64,000 nt of DNA, from IMG/VR virus record IMGVR_UViG_3300043435_001124. One strand, given 5' to 3'. Position 1 is the stretch's first letter, and every line of letters begins with the position of its first letter. Shown here piece by piece: positions 36,230 to 44,591 of the stretch. A program made the position numbers and the translations under genes. This DNA is from an uncultured virus (IMG/VR IMGVR_UViG_3300043435_001124). Its lineage: Duplodnaviria > Heunggongvirae > Uroviricota > Caudoviricetes. The notes beneath the pieces are model-generated. The model was not told where the DNA came from. It worked only from the letters and a program-made list of their open reading frames with translations, and searched no databases.

Positions 36230-37198
36230 ATGAAAATTAAAAATCTATTTGCTATTGGTCTAATTGTTGCTACCCCGGTTGCGGCAATTGCGGGGACTAC
36301 TCTAAACGGTGCGGGAGCCTCCTTTCCATTTTCCATCTACAGTAGATGGTTTAATGATTATGCACGAACTTCTGGGAATAGGGTTAATTATCAGTCCGTT
36401 GGTTCTGGTGCTGGTGTTCGTCAATTCATTGCGGGAACTGTTGATTTCGCAGCATCCGACGAACCAATCAAATCCTCCGAAGCCGCCAAAGTAAAGCGTG
36501 GAGTTGTTCAAATTCCAATGGTTGGAGGTACGATTGCAATTGCTTACAATAAACCCGGTTGTACTCTTAAACTGACTCAACAACAAACCGTAGATGTATT
36601 TCTCAGTAAGATTAATGACTGGAAGCAACTCAAGTGTGCTCCCGGTAAAATCACTACAGTTCATCGTTCTGATGGTTCCGGCACTACATTCGCCTTTACT
36701 AACTCCCTGGAAGCATTCTCATCCTCTTGGACCCCAGGTGTAGGCAAGAGTGTAAAATGGCCTGTAGGGGTCGGTGGAAAGGGTAATGAAGGTGTTTCAG
36801 GTATCATCAAGAATACTCCTGGTTCTCTTGGTTATGTCTCTTATTCCTTTGTGAAGTCTCAAAATCTTCAAGTAGCACAACTTCAAAATAAATCTGGAAA
36901 GTTTGTTTCTCCAGGGGCATCAAGTGGTTCTGCTGCCCTAAATCAAATCACATTAGATACAAATCTTGCTGGAGAAAATCCAAATCCATCAGGCGTTAAT
37001 TCCTATCCAATTTCAACTCTGACTTGGGTTCTTGCATATAAGAATGGAAATGGTGCAAAGACTGATGAGATTCGTGGAGTTCTGAACTATTCGCTGGGTT
37101 CTAAAGCACAAATGATTGCTGATGATTTGGGTTATGTTCCTTTGAGTGGTAGTGTTCTGAATAAGGCACGACTTGCAGTGAATCGTATCAGCAAGTGA
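36230..37198 (+). CDS. pstS: Phosphate ABC transporter substrate-binding protein PstS
   Basis: LNGAGASFP; NYQSVGSGAG; DFAASD; HRSDGSGTT; GKGNEGV; LGYVPL. Confidence 0.96.
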   Translation: MKIKNLFAIGLIVATPVAAIAGTTLNGAGASFPFSIYSRWFNDYARTSGNRVNYQSVGSGAGVRQFIAGTVDFAASDEPIKSSEAAKVKRGVVQIPMVGGTIAIAYNKPGCTLKLTQQQTVDVFLSKINDWKQLKCAPGKITTVHRSDGSGTTFAFTNSLEAFSSSWTPGVGKSVKWPVGVGGKGNEGVSGIIKNTPGSLGYVSYSFVKSQNLQVAQLQNKSGKFVSPGASSGSAALNQITLDTNLAGENPNPSGVNSYPISTLTWVLAYKNGNGAKTDEIRGVLNYSLGSKAQMIADDLGYVPLSGSVLNKARLAVNRISK

Positions 37199-37295
37199 TC
37201 TAAGAACAGTTAGGAAACTGGCACATTACGGTTTCCCAATGCTTGACTTCAAACAAAATTTCATATATAATGACATAGTTCTTTATAAGACTACA

Positions 37296-37505
37296 ATGAC
37301 CGTTACGACCAATGAGCACGGACAGCAAAACCTGTTCGCAAAGGAACCTGAGATGTATGTGTCTCCAACAGATGCAGAGCGTTATGCACTTGAGACTTAT
37401 GCTGAAAAAGCAGAAAAAATGAATGGAAAATTTGCTATGTTAGGATTTGTTGCCGCAGTTGTTTCTTATGCACTCACCGGGAATCTCTTCTTTGGTGTAA
37501 TCTGA
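37296..37505 (+). CDS. hli: High-light-inducible protein
   Basis: AEKMNGKFAMLGF chlorophyll-binding motif; QQNLFAKEP. Confidence 0.9.
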   Translation: MTVTTNEHGQQNLFAKEPEMYVSPTDAERYALETYAEKAEKMNGKFAMLGFVAAVVSYALTGNLFFGVI

Positions 37506-37591
37506 TGAACGAACTCATTTTTACCGTAACGAGCATTTCTTTTCTTGTGCTTCTGGCACACTCTATCAATCAACTTTCCGACACTTACTAA
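37505..37591 (+). CDS. Tiny membrane peptide between hli genes
   Basis: MNELIFTVTSISFLVLLAHSINQLSDTY*; TGATG coupling. Confidence 0.45.
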   Translation: MNELIFTVTSISFLVLLAHSINQLSDTY

Positions 37592-37603
37592 GGAGAAACA
37601 AAA

Positions 37604-37723
37604 ATGAAATTTGGATTTACGCCCGAGGCAGAAATTTTAAATGGCAGACTTGCTATGTTAGGATTTGTAATTGCCGTTGGTACTTATCTCACTACCGGGC
37701 AATTGCTTCCCGGAGTATGGTGA
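37604..37723 (+). CDS. hli: High-light-inducible protein (39 aa, not in ORF track)
   Basis: MKFGFTPEAEILNGRLAMLGFVIAVGTYLTTGQLLPGVW*; AAGGAG Shine-Dalgarno. Confidence 0.92.
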   Translation: MKFGFTPEAEILNGRLAMLGFVIAVGTYLTTGQLLPGVW

Positions 37724-37818
37724 CTTCTGATATTATCCCAATATTCTGTGGAATATTTGTATCATCAATCGCTCTGACTGTATTGAAATTCTCAAATAAA
37801 AAATAACAATATCAATGT

Positions 37819-37851
37819 ACTCCTCCTAAATATTGGGAGGAGTTTTTTTTT
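37819..37851 (+). terminator. Terminator after hli cluster
   Basis: ACTCCTCC/GGAGGAGT stem followed by a long T-run. Confidence 0.75.
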
Positions 37852-37856
37852 ATTAT

Positions 37857-38012
37857 ATGCCTAGGGGTCAGATCACAAAGGATCATTTTAAGGTTTTGAT
37901 TCTTGAGCAAAAAAATAAAGTACAACATGAATCTTATAGAGATGAGTATAAGAATTTAGTACATAAACACCTTAATGAACTTATAGATAGATTAGAAGAA
38001 TTCCGGTATTAA
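37857..38012 (+). CDS. Small hypothetical protein
   Basis: MPRGQITKD...HKHLNELIDRLEEFRY*. Confidence 0.55.
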   Translation: MPRGQITKDHFKVLILEQKNKVQHESYRDEYKNLVHKHLNELIDRLEEFRY

Positions 38013-38013
38013 A

Positions 38014-38709
38014 ATGCAAATAGATATACATAACTTTTTTCTGCATTATGACCCAAAGAATCCAAAACACGTTGCAGCAGTAGAGAAACTTGAAAAGGAT
38101 TTGGAACAAAAGCAACCAGATTTAATTCAAGATAATTCTGGATGGGTAGAAATATTCAGAGAAAAAGCACCAGTTCCTGCACAGACAGGAGTTCTATCAG
38201 TTCCATATTACCCACAAACTGATAATTACAGAGATGCTAACCGTACTTGTAACAGTTCTAGTTGTGCTATGTGTCTTGAATATCTTAAACCAGGCACGTT
38301 AAAGGGAGTAAAAGGTGACGATGCTTACGTTCAAAAAGTATTCGCAATTGGTGATTCAACAGACCATACAGTTCAAACCAAAGTTCTTGAGAGCTATGGT
38401 GTTAAGTCGCAGTTTAGTTACAATCTTTCTTTTGCTGATATTGATAAGAGTTTATCTGCTGGAAAACCTGTTGTTATTGGTATTCTGCACAGGGGGTCTC
38501 TTTCTTCACCTACTGGGGGGCACATGATTGTAGTCATCGGCAAGAAAGGTAGTGACTATGTGGTGAATGACCCCTACGGCAGTCTTAACGACGGTTACAC
38601 GGGCGCGGTGACCAATGGTAAGGGAGCAGTGTATAAAAAATCTGAACTTACTTACAGGTGGTTGGAGAATGGTAAGGATAAAACAGGTTGGGGAAGAATC
38701 TTTAAATGA
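38014..38709 (+). CDS. C39-like cysteine peptidase
   Basis: VPYYPQ.DN...RTCNSSSCAM; GGHMIVVIG; VNDPYG. Confidence 0.85.
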   Translation: MQIDIHNFFLHYDPKNPKHVAAVEKLEKDLEQKQPDLIQDNSGWVEIFREKAPVPAQTGVLSVPYYPQTDNYRDANRTCNSSSCAMCLEYLKPGTLKGVKGDDAYVQKVFAIGDSTDHTVQTKVLESYGVKSQFSYNLSFADIDKSLSAGKPVVIGILHRGSLSSPTGGHMIVVIGKKGSDYVVNDPYGSLNDGYTGAVTNGKGAVYKKSELTYRWLENGKDKTGWGRIFK

Positions 38710-39167
38710 CTTTAAAGGCAGGAATAGATTTAATTAAAAAGTTTGAGGGATGTCATCTTAAATCATATCCAGACCCACTATCTGGGGGTCTTCCAATCAC
38801 TATTGGTTGGGGATCTACTCGTAAGAAAGATGGGTCTTCATTTAAACTTGGTGACACCATTACTCAAAAGGAAGCAGATGAATTGTTGATTGCTCAATGT
38901 GAGAATCAGTTCTTACCATCACTTTCTAAAATCCCATATTGGAGAGAAATGAATGACAATCAACGCGGAGCACTTTTATCCTTTGCTTACAATCTCGGTG
39001 CTGGCTTTTACGGCGGAAGTGGGTTTAATAGTATCACTCGTAACCTTCGTGAAAAAAATTGGGCAGCAATCCCAAAAACATTAGAGATGTATCGCAATCC
39101 TGGCAGCAATGTTGAGGTAGGATTATTGAGACGCAGAAAAGCAGAAGGTAAATTATGGTCAACCTAA
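38706..39167 (+). CDS. GH24 lysozyme/endolysin
   Basis: IKKFEG...YPD...TIGWG.T; ALLSFAYNLG; GLLRRRKAE. Confidence 0.92.
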   Translation: MTLKAGIDLIKKFEGCHLKSYPDPLSGGLPITIGWGSTRKKDGSSFKLGDTITQKEADELLIAQCENQFLPSLSKIPYWREMNDNQRGALLSFAYNLGAGFYGGSGFNSITRNLREKNWAAIPKTLEMYRNPGSNVEVGLLRRRKAEGKLWST

Positions 39168-39500
39168 GTAAGGTCCCGCAATTCCATCATTCAACATTCT
39201 TTCATTGATCGTAACAGGATCTCCAACACAATAAAGAGTTCCCAAAAATCTTCCATACTTATCTTCTTTGGAAGTTTCAATAATCCACTCTCCTTCACGG
39301 GAGAGTTCTTTTTTTAGCCATTCTTTTGCTGCCAGACCTTTTACCTTCTCCACTGTATCGGTGGTTCTGGTTTCAGCAGCATCAATACCATTAAGTCTAA
39401 CTCTATGAGATATTGTAATACCAAAACCTAAATCGATATCAACATCAATAGTATCACCATCAACTATTTTTTTGATGGCCTTGATCTTATAACTATACAT
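39159..39500 (-). CDS. Staphylococcal nuclease (SNase)-like protein
   Basis: IVDGDTI; RVRLNGIDAAE; DKYGRFLG. Confidence 0.85.
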   Translation of the reverse strand: MYSYKIKAIKKIVDGDTIDVDIDLGFGITISHRVRLNGIDAAETRTTDTVEKVKGLAAKEWLKKELSREGEWIIETSKEDKYGRFLGTLYCVGDPVTINERMLNDGIAGPYLG

Positions 39501-39648
39501 TTTTACCTCCTTTTTTCCAAATTCTACGAATTGCTGAACGAACTTCTGGTGCTTGCTGTTTTATTTTGATGTTTCGGTTCTCATTGAAGAAACCATCATT
39601 AGTCAGTAATCTAATGAGTATGAGTATCGGAAGAATTATTTTCGTCAT
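39493..39648 (-). CDS. Hypothetical protein
   Basis: MTKIILPILILIRLLTNDG...; overlaps the SNase start. Confidence 0.45.
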   Translation of the reverse strand: MTKIILPILILIRLLTNDGFFNENRNIKIKQQAPEVRSAIRRIWKKGGKNV

Positions 39649-39739
39649 TATCCCAGTTAAGAATTTTGTAAATGCACCATAGGGATCCAATCAGTCCAAT
39701 ACCTAATAGTATATTTACACTCCATACTGGGTCAGTCAT
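39611..39739 (-). CDS. Small membrane protein (not in ORF track)
   Basis: MTDPVWSVNILLGIGLIGSLWCIYKIL...; ATGA coupling to the upstream ORF. Confidence 0.45.
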   Translation of the reverse strand: MTDPVWSVNILLGIGLIGSLWCIYKILNWDNDENNSSDTHTH

Positions 39740-39930
39740 AATCTTCCTTCTGTTTTATGTATCCATTCCTTCAACTCAGCAACATATTTTCTAAGTTCCT
39801 GTGCCTTATTTAGATGCCATTCATCACCACTCTTGAAGTACTCCTGAGTATGATTATCTATTGCCTTCAGAATATTGTGTATGGGAGTATTCCAATGCTC
39901 TCTATGGGGAGTATTCCATTCCCGTGGCAT
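39736..39930 (-). CDS. Conserved hypothetical protein
   Basis: MPREWNTP.RE.WN.PIH..LKAIDNH. Confidence 0.65.
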   Translation of the reverse strand: MPREWNTPHREHWNTPIHNILKAIDNHTQEYFKSGDEWHLNKAQELRKYVAELKEWIHKTEGRL

Positions 39931-40019
39931 TTTTTGGGAAGCAGTTTGAAGTATTTAGATTAGTGAAATCCACAATTGGTCCAGAAAAAAATAAACGACG
40001 AGATATTTGAGAAAAGGGG

Positions 40020-40048
40020 TTGACAGCAGGTTCTGATGGTGCTATGAT
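40020..40048 (+). promoter_or_regulatory. psbA sigma70-type promoter
   Basis: TTGACA-17-TATGAT. Confidence 0.75.
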
Positions 40049-40084
40049 AAATACATAAGCAAGTCAGGGAATCCTCACATTGCT

Positions 40085-40185
40085 CCCGTGCTTACCGAGA
40101 CTTTGCACGATAAATACGTCTCTCATATCTTCTCTAGGGGTGAGAAGAAATACTGATCCTATTCGTCTCCCTACGAATTATTACT
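40085..40185 (+). ncRNA. PhotoRC-II-like RNA motif in psbA 5' UTR
   Basis: CCGAGAC...TACGTCTCTCATA; hairpins with complementary AGGG/CCCT loops; sits upstream of psbA. Confidence 0.75.
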
Positions 40186-40201
40186 TAACCCTTTTTTACA
40201 A

Positions 40202-41521
40202 ATGACTGCTACAATTGCTACACGCTCTAATACTAATCTATGGAATGATTTCTGTTCCTGGATTACTTCAACGAATAACAGGTTATATGTTGGGTGGTTC
40301 GGAGTCCTTATGATTCCCTGCCTTCTCGCAGCGACTACTTGCTTCATTATTGCTTTTATTGGTGCTCCCCCTGTTGATATTGATGGGATCAGAGAACCAG
40401 TTGCTGGGTCTCTTATGTACGGAAACAACATCATCTCTGGTGCCGTTGTTCCTTCTTCTAATGCTATCGGACTTCACTTTTATCCTATCTGGGAAGCAGC
40501 AAGTCTTGATGAATGGCTCTATAATGGTGGTCCTTTTCAACTTGTTGTATTTCACTTCCTCATCGGCATTTATGCTTATATGGGTCGTGAATGGGAACTC
40601 TCCTATCGTCTAGGAATGCGTCCCTGGATTATGGTTGCTTACAGTGCTCCTGTTGCTGCTGCTACTGCCGTATTCCTAGTCTATCCCTTTGGTCAAGGTT
40701 CTTTCTCTGATGCTATGCCTCTTGGAATTTCTGGAACCTTTAATTATATGCTTGTCTTCCAGGCAGAACATAACATCCTTATGCACCCCTTTCACATGTT
40801 AGGCGTCGCAGGTGTCTTCGGCGGATCACTTTTTAGCGCCATGCACGGTTCACTGGTGACTTCTTCACTGGTTCGTGAGACTACTGAAACTGAATCCCAA
40901 AACTACGGATATAAGTTCGGTCAAGAAGAAGAGACTTACAACATTGTTGCTGCACACGGTTACTTCGGTCGTCTTATTTTCCAATATGCGTCTTTCAATA
41001 ACTCACGCAGTCTCCACTTCTTTCTGGCTGCCTGGCCAGTAGTTGGTATTTGGTTTACTGCTCTTGGCGTAAGCACAATGGCATTTAATCTGAACGGTTT
41101 TAATTTTAACCAGTCCATCGTTGATAGTCAAAACCGAGTAGTTCCTACTTGGGCGGACATTTTAACACGAGCAGGATTGGGTATGGAAGTGATGCACGAA
41201 AGGAACGCACATTAGTAAAATAGTGTCCTTACTGAGAAATTGGTAAGTGTAAATCGGATGAATTGCTGGAAACCCTCCAAATATAAGGGCAATCAGCATC
41301 CAAGTCTCAGATACATCTGAGAAAGGTTCAACGACTACCTGAGGGATATAGTTCCCTTAATAACAGGCAAGAGCGTCCGACACCTAAGTTCTAATAGAAT
41401 ACGGTGATGATATAGTCTTCTCCATAAGAATGGTAAACTTATGGGTCCAGAGAACTTTCCTTTAGATCTTGCATTTTTAGAATCAACCCCAGTTGCTCTA
41501 ACGGCACCTACAGTAGGTTGA
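40202..41521 (+). CDS. psbA: Photosystem II D1 protein; exons 40202-41212 and 41453-41521 (359 aa spliced)
   Basis: Canonical D1 sequence; exon 1 ends MHERNAH, exon 2 reads [22 protein letters not shown]. Confidence 0.98.
41213..41452 (+). mobile_element. Group I self-splicing intron (240 nt, no ORF)
   Basis: Exon ends in U with P1 ACAU/GUGU (U.G at the splice site); P AATTGCTGGAA; Q AATCAGCA; P7 GACTA/TAGTC; terminal G; splicing restores the frame. Confidence 0.95.
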
Positions 41522-41549
41522 TATAACTTCCAACTAATGGTATAATATT

Positions 41550-41584
41550 GAGGAACTCTTCGGGGTTCCTTTTTTGTATAAATA
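41550..41584 (+). terminator. psbA terminator followed by late promoter
   Basis: GAGGAACTC-TTCG-GGGTTCCTT stem with T-run; TATAAATA 41577-84. Confidence 0.85.
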
Positions 41585-41613
41585 ACTATAGCACTAACTT
41601 TGGATTAGAAGTA

Positions 41614-42348
41614 ATGAAAAATGTATTTTACACTTATGCTTATTTGAGGGAGGATGGAACTCCTTATTATATTGGTAAGGGTAAAGGTAAAAGAGCATAT
41701 GATAGAAAAAGGCATAGTGCTTATGTCCCATCAAGAAATAGGATTTTAATATTAAAGAAAAATCTTACTGAAGATGAAGCATTTATTCACGAAATTTATA
41801 TGATTTCAATCTTTGGTAGAAAAGATTTGGAAACTGGTATTCTTTATAATCTAACAGATGGTGGAGATGGACCTTCTGGATATGTTTATACAGAAGAACA
41901 AAGGAAAAAAATGGGAGATATGCGTAGAGGAAAGAAGAGACCAAGACAAAGTAAGATTATGAAGGAAAAAAATCATTTACAAATAGTGAATGAAAATAAA
42001 ATAAACGAATTGAGAAAAAATTGTCCACCAGAAAAAATTGCTGAACTTTATATTGAGGGTAAAACTCTTAGAGAAATAAAATCAATTTTGGGATGTGGGA
42101 TGGTTTGGATTAGAAAATCATTGGATGAAATGGAAGTTAAAATAAGACATAGAAACGACTATGGAAATCCTATGAACGACAAAGAAGTTAGAGATAAAAT
42201 TTCTCAAAAAGCAATAGAAAGAGGTGCTTGGTCTGGGGATAAAAATCCAAATTCAGGGGAAGGTATTTGTAGGGATAAAATAATACAAAGAACAAAAGAA
42301 GTAAATACTGGAAAACAAAATTGGAAGTATAGGAAACCTAAAAACTAA
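41614..42348 (+). CDS. Free-standing GIY-YIG homing endonuclease with NUMOD3-like and HTH-like regions
   Basis: [23 protein letters not shown]...[22 protein letters not shown]. Confidence 0.85.
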   Translation: MKNVFYTYAYLREDGTPYYIGKGKGKRAYDRKRHSAYVPSRNRILILKKNLTEDEAFIHEIYMISIFGRKDLETGILYNLTDGGDGPSGYVYTEEQRKKMGDMRRGKKRPRQSKIMKEKNHLQIVNENKINELRKNCPPEKIAELYIEGKTLREIKSILGCGMVWIRKSLDEMEVKIRHRNDYGNPMNDKEVRDKISQKAIERGAWSGDKNPNSGEGICRDKIIQRTKEVNTGKQNWKYRKPKN

Positions 42349-42349
42349 A

Positions 42350-42418
42350 ATGCTAATAATCCTCACAGTCTTCCAAGTATTCGGATTCTTCCTCTTCATA
42401 ATGTCTCTGCTCTCTTGA
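42350..42418 (+). CDS. 22-aa hydrophobic peptide ORF (partially duplicated at 47297)
   Basis: MLIILTVFQVFGFFLFIMSLLS*. Confidence 0.4.
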   Translation: MLIILTVFQVFGFFLFIMSLLS

Positions 42419-42469
42419 CGCCATTCAATAAGACTGCTATAATACGCACAAAGACACAAAACAATTATG
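42414..42469 (+). repeat. Early promoter/leader direct repeat, copy 1
   Basis: CTTGACGCCATTCAATAAGAC..CTATAATAC.CACAAAG...ATTATG; TTGACG-17-TATAAT. Confidence 0.85.
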
Positions 42470-43234
42470 ACTGAATTCACACAAGAACAAGTAGAAGAAT
42501 TTAATAAATGCAAAAATGACCCAGTATATTTCATTAACAATTATGTGAAATTTGTAACTATTGATAAGGGACTCACAGACTTCAAACTCTATCCCTATCA
42601 AGAAGACCTGATTAATAAGTATCATAACAACCGCTTCAATATATGTAAAAGTTCAAGACAAGTAGGTAAAACTTCAACTGGTCTCTTCTATGTTTTACAT
42701 CACATAATTTTTAATGATAATGTGACTGATGGGATATTCTCCTTTAATACATTAAATGCTCGTAATAGTTTACAAAGATTAATGACTGCTTATGAAAATC
42801 TTCCAGAATGGATGCAACATAAGGTTATCATTAAGAATAAGTCCACATTAGAATTGGAGAATGGTTCTAGAGTTATTGTAGGTAATACAACATATAATAG
42901 TTTCAAGGGTCGGATGTTTAATCTTACCTTCCTAGATGAGTTTGCATTTGTTCCAGATAAAGATGCACAGAGCGTAGTAGATATAATGCTCCCTATGTTT
43001 ACTGCAAATAAATCTAGTAAAGTCGTCATTGCATCTTCATTTAAACCTAAAGATAACTGCTTCAATAAAATCTGGAAAGACTCTGAAGATGGTAAGAATT
43101 CTTTTGTAAGAACTACAATCAAATGGTATGAGATTCCAGGGAGGGATGAAGAATGGAAAGAACAGATGATTGCTAATATAGGTATTGATGCCTGGAATCA
43201 GGAATTTGAATGTGAGTCTGCAGAGAACCCTTGA
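42467..43234 (+). CDS. Stand-alone terminase large subunit (gp17-like) ATPase domain, no nuclease domain
   Basis: KCKNDPVYFINNY; LYPYQ; Walker A SRQVGKT; LELENGS; Walker B FLDEFAFVP; W.EIPGRDEEWK; ends at QEFECE. Confidence 0.88.
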   Translation: MTEFTQEQVEEFNKCKNDPVYFINNYVKFVTIDKGLTDFKLYPYQEDLINKYHNNRFNICKSSRQVGKTSTGLFYVLHHIIFNDNVTDGIFSFNTLNARNSLQRLMTAYENLPEWMQHKVIIKNKSTLELENGSRVIVGNTTYNSFKGRMFNLTFLDEFAFVPDKDAQSVVDIMLPMFTANKSSKVVIASSFKPKDNCFNKIWKDSEDGKNSFVRTTIKWYEIPGRDEEWKEQMIANIGIDAWNQEFECESAENP

Positions 43235-43284
43235 CGCCATTCAATAAGACGCCTATAATACTCACAAAGTCGCAAAACATTATG
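43230..43284 (+). repeat. Early promoter/leader direct repeat, copy 2
   Basis: First 21 nt identical to copy 1; similarity continues to the ATG. Confidence 0.85.
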
Positions 43285-43500
43285 AAAGCAACAGAATTTT
43301 GCTATTGGTTACAGGGTTATTTTGAACTGGACCAGGCATCCTCAAAACCTGGGAACTCCCTCTCAGACGAGCAAGTAGAGGTCATTCGGAGGCATCTTGC
43401 ACTAGTCTTTAAGCACGACATTGACCCACAAGCAGGACCATCAAAATATCAGGCAGCGTTGAATGATATTCATGGTGGTAATGGAATGTATAGGTGTTGA
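43282..43500 (+). CDS. Conserved phage hypothetical protein
   Basis: MKATEFCYWLQGYFEL...QVEVIRRHLALVF. Confidence 0.7.
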   Translation: MKATEFCYWLQGYFELDQASSKPGNSLSDEQVEVIRRHLALVFKHDIDPQAGPSKYQAALNDIHGGNGMYRC

Positions 43501-43512
43501 TAAAAATTAATT

Positions 43513-43872
43513 ATGGATTGGTTAGAACCCCTTAGACAAGATACTGAAAGAATCCGCCAGGAAAACATAAAAATCAGAGAAGAGACTGAAAAACTTAGAG
43601 AGAGTAACCGAAAACTTAAAGAATTAAATCAAAACCCAGAAAGACTATCAAAAATCGTTGAAAAGACAACTATGACTGAAAAAACATTTGACCCAAACCC
43701 AACAACTGAATGTGTAGCAAAAGAACCTACAGAAAGTCAGATTAGAAAGCGTATGGAATTAACTCAAGAAAGTTATTATACTGCTAGAGAAAATCTCCGA
43801 GAAGAAGCATACAAAACAACACATAGCAAACCACCAGGACAATCTTGGGGGGATTACTGGAAAAGTTATTGA
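43513..43872 (+). CDS. Hypothetical coiled-coil protein
   Basis: 119-aa ORF. Confidence 0.55.
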   Translation: MDWLEPLRQDTERIRQENIKIREETEKLRESNRKLKELNQNPERLSKIVEKTTMTEKTFDPNPTTECVAKEPTESQIRKRMELTQESYYTARENLREEAYKTTHSKPPGQSWGDYWKSY

Positions 43873-43888
43873 AATTAGGAGAAACTAA

Positions 43889-44029
43889 ATGAAAGAAGAA
43901 CAGAATGAAAAAACACCAGAACAACTTTTTGAAGAAGTTCTAATGGATAGGAATGGACTATCTCTTATGGATTTATTGGTACATCCAGATTTAAAAACCT
44001 TTGTTGATAATTTTGAGGATAACAAATGA
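43889..44029 (+). CDS. Small acidic hypothetical protein
   Basis: AGGAG Shine-Dalgarno; ATGA coupling to the next ORF. Confidence 0.5.
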   Translation: MKEEQNEKTPEQLFEEVLMDRNGLSLMDLLVHPDLKTFVDNFEDNK

Positions 44030-44385
44030 CTTTCTCAAGAGCAATTCTAGGAACCGATAAGACCAAAATGAACTGGTGGCAGTATTGGGTCGGTCACTGT
44101 TTTATGACTGGATGGACTTCAATGTATTACAATTTTCATACCTGGATGGATCTTGTATGGTTTGAGGACAATCAAAAGAACTATACACTCCTAAAAGACG
44201 ATGAACCCTTTGAGCAGTGCTATCTGACTTTCTGGTGTGATTTGAATGATGACGACACTTATCCGCAAGAATTCTTGGAATCTCTAATGGGACTTGTAGA
44301 TAGAATAAAGCGAGGTGAAGAAGAGATAATTCCAATTGATGAAAATTACTTGGATAATATAAAAAGAGAGTTATATGGCGAATAA
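44026..44385 (+). CDS. Hypothetical protein
   Basis: Trp-rich 119-aa ORF. Confidence 0.6.
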   Translation: MTFSRAILGTDKTKMNWWQYWVGHCFMTGWTSMYYNFHTWMDLVWFEDNQKNYTLLKDDEPFEQCYLTFWCDLNDDDTYPQEFLESLMGLVDRIKRGEEEIIPIDENYLDNIKRELYGE

Positions 44386-44533
44386 ATATGCCGTCATTCT
44401 TCATAGTCTTGTAGATAATGCAACAGTCTCTATTCAAGTTTTGGTGAATAGTGAAATGACTGCAAGACAACTGAAGACTTATTATCAATCTTTAAGTATT
44501 ACTATTTCTAATGTGGAGGTGATTTCAGTATGA
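44375..44533 (+). CDS. Small hypothetical protein
   Basis: 52-aa ORF, MANKYAVILHSL... Confidence 0.4.
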   Translation: MANKYAVILHSLVDNATVSIQVLVNSEMTARQLKTYYQSLSITISNVEVISV

Positions 44534-44591
44534 TGGGACCAGAACTCATAAGACCCATAACAATATAAATATATAAGAAATATAATTTTTG

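Noticed and set aside
40202..41215. psbA as a truncated 337-aa pseudogene
   Set aside because: The TAG is the first triplet of a group I intron; the missing C-terminus is in frame at 41453-41521.
41213..41215. Stop-codon reassignment (TAG readthrough) in this phage
   Set aside because: Core genes are full length in code 11, and TAA, TAG and TGA all terminate conserved genes at the expected ends.
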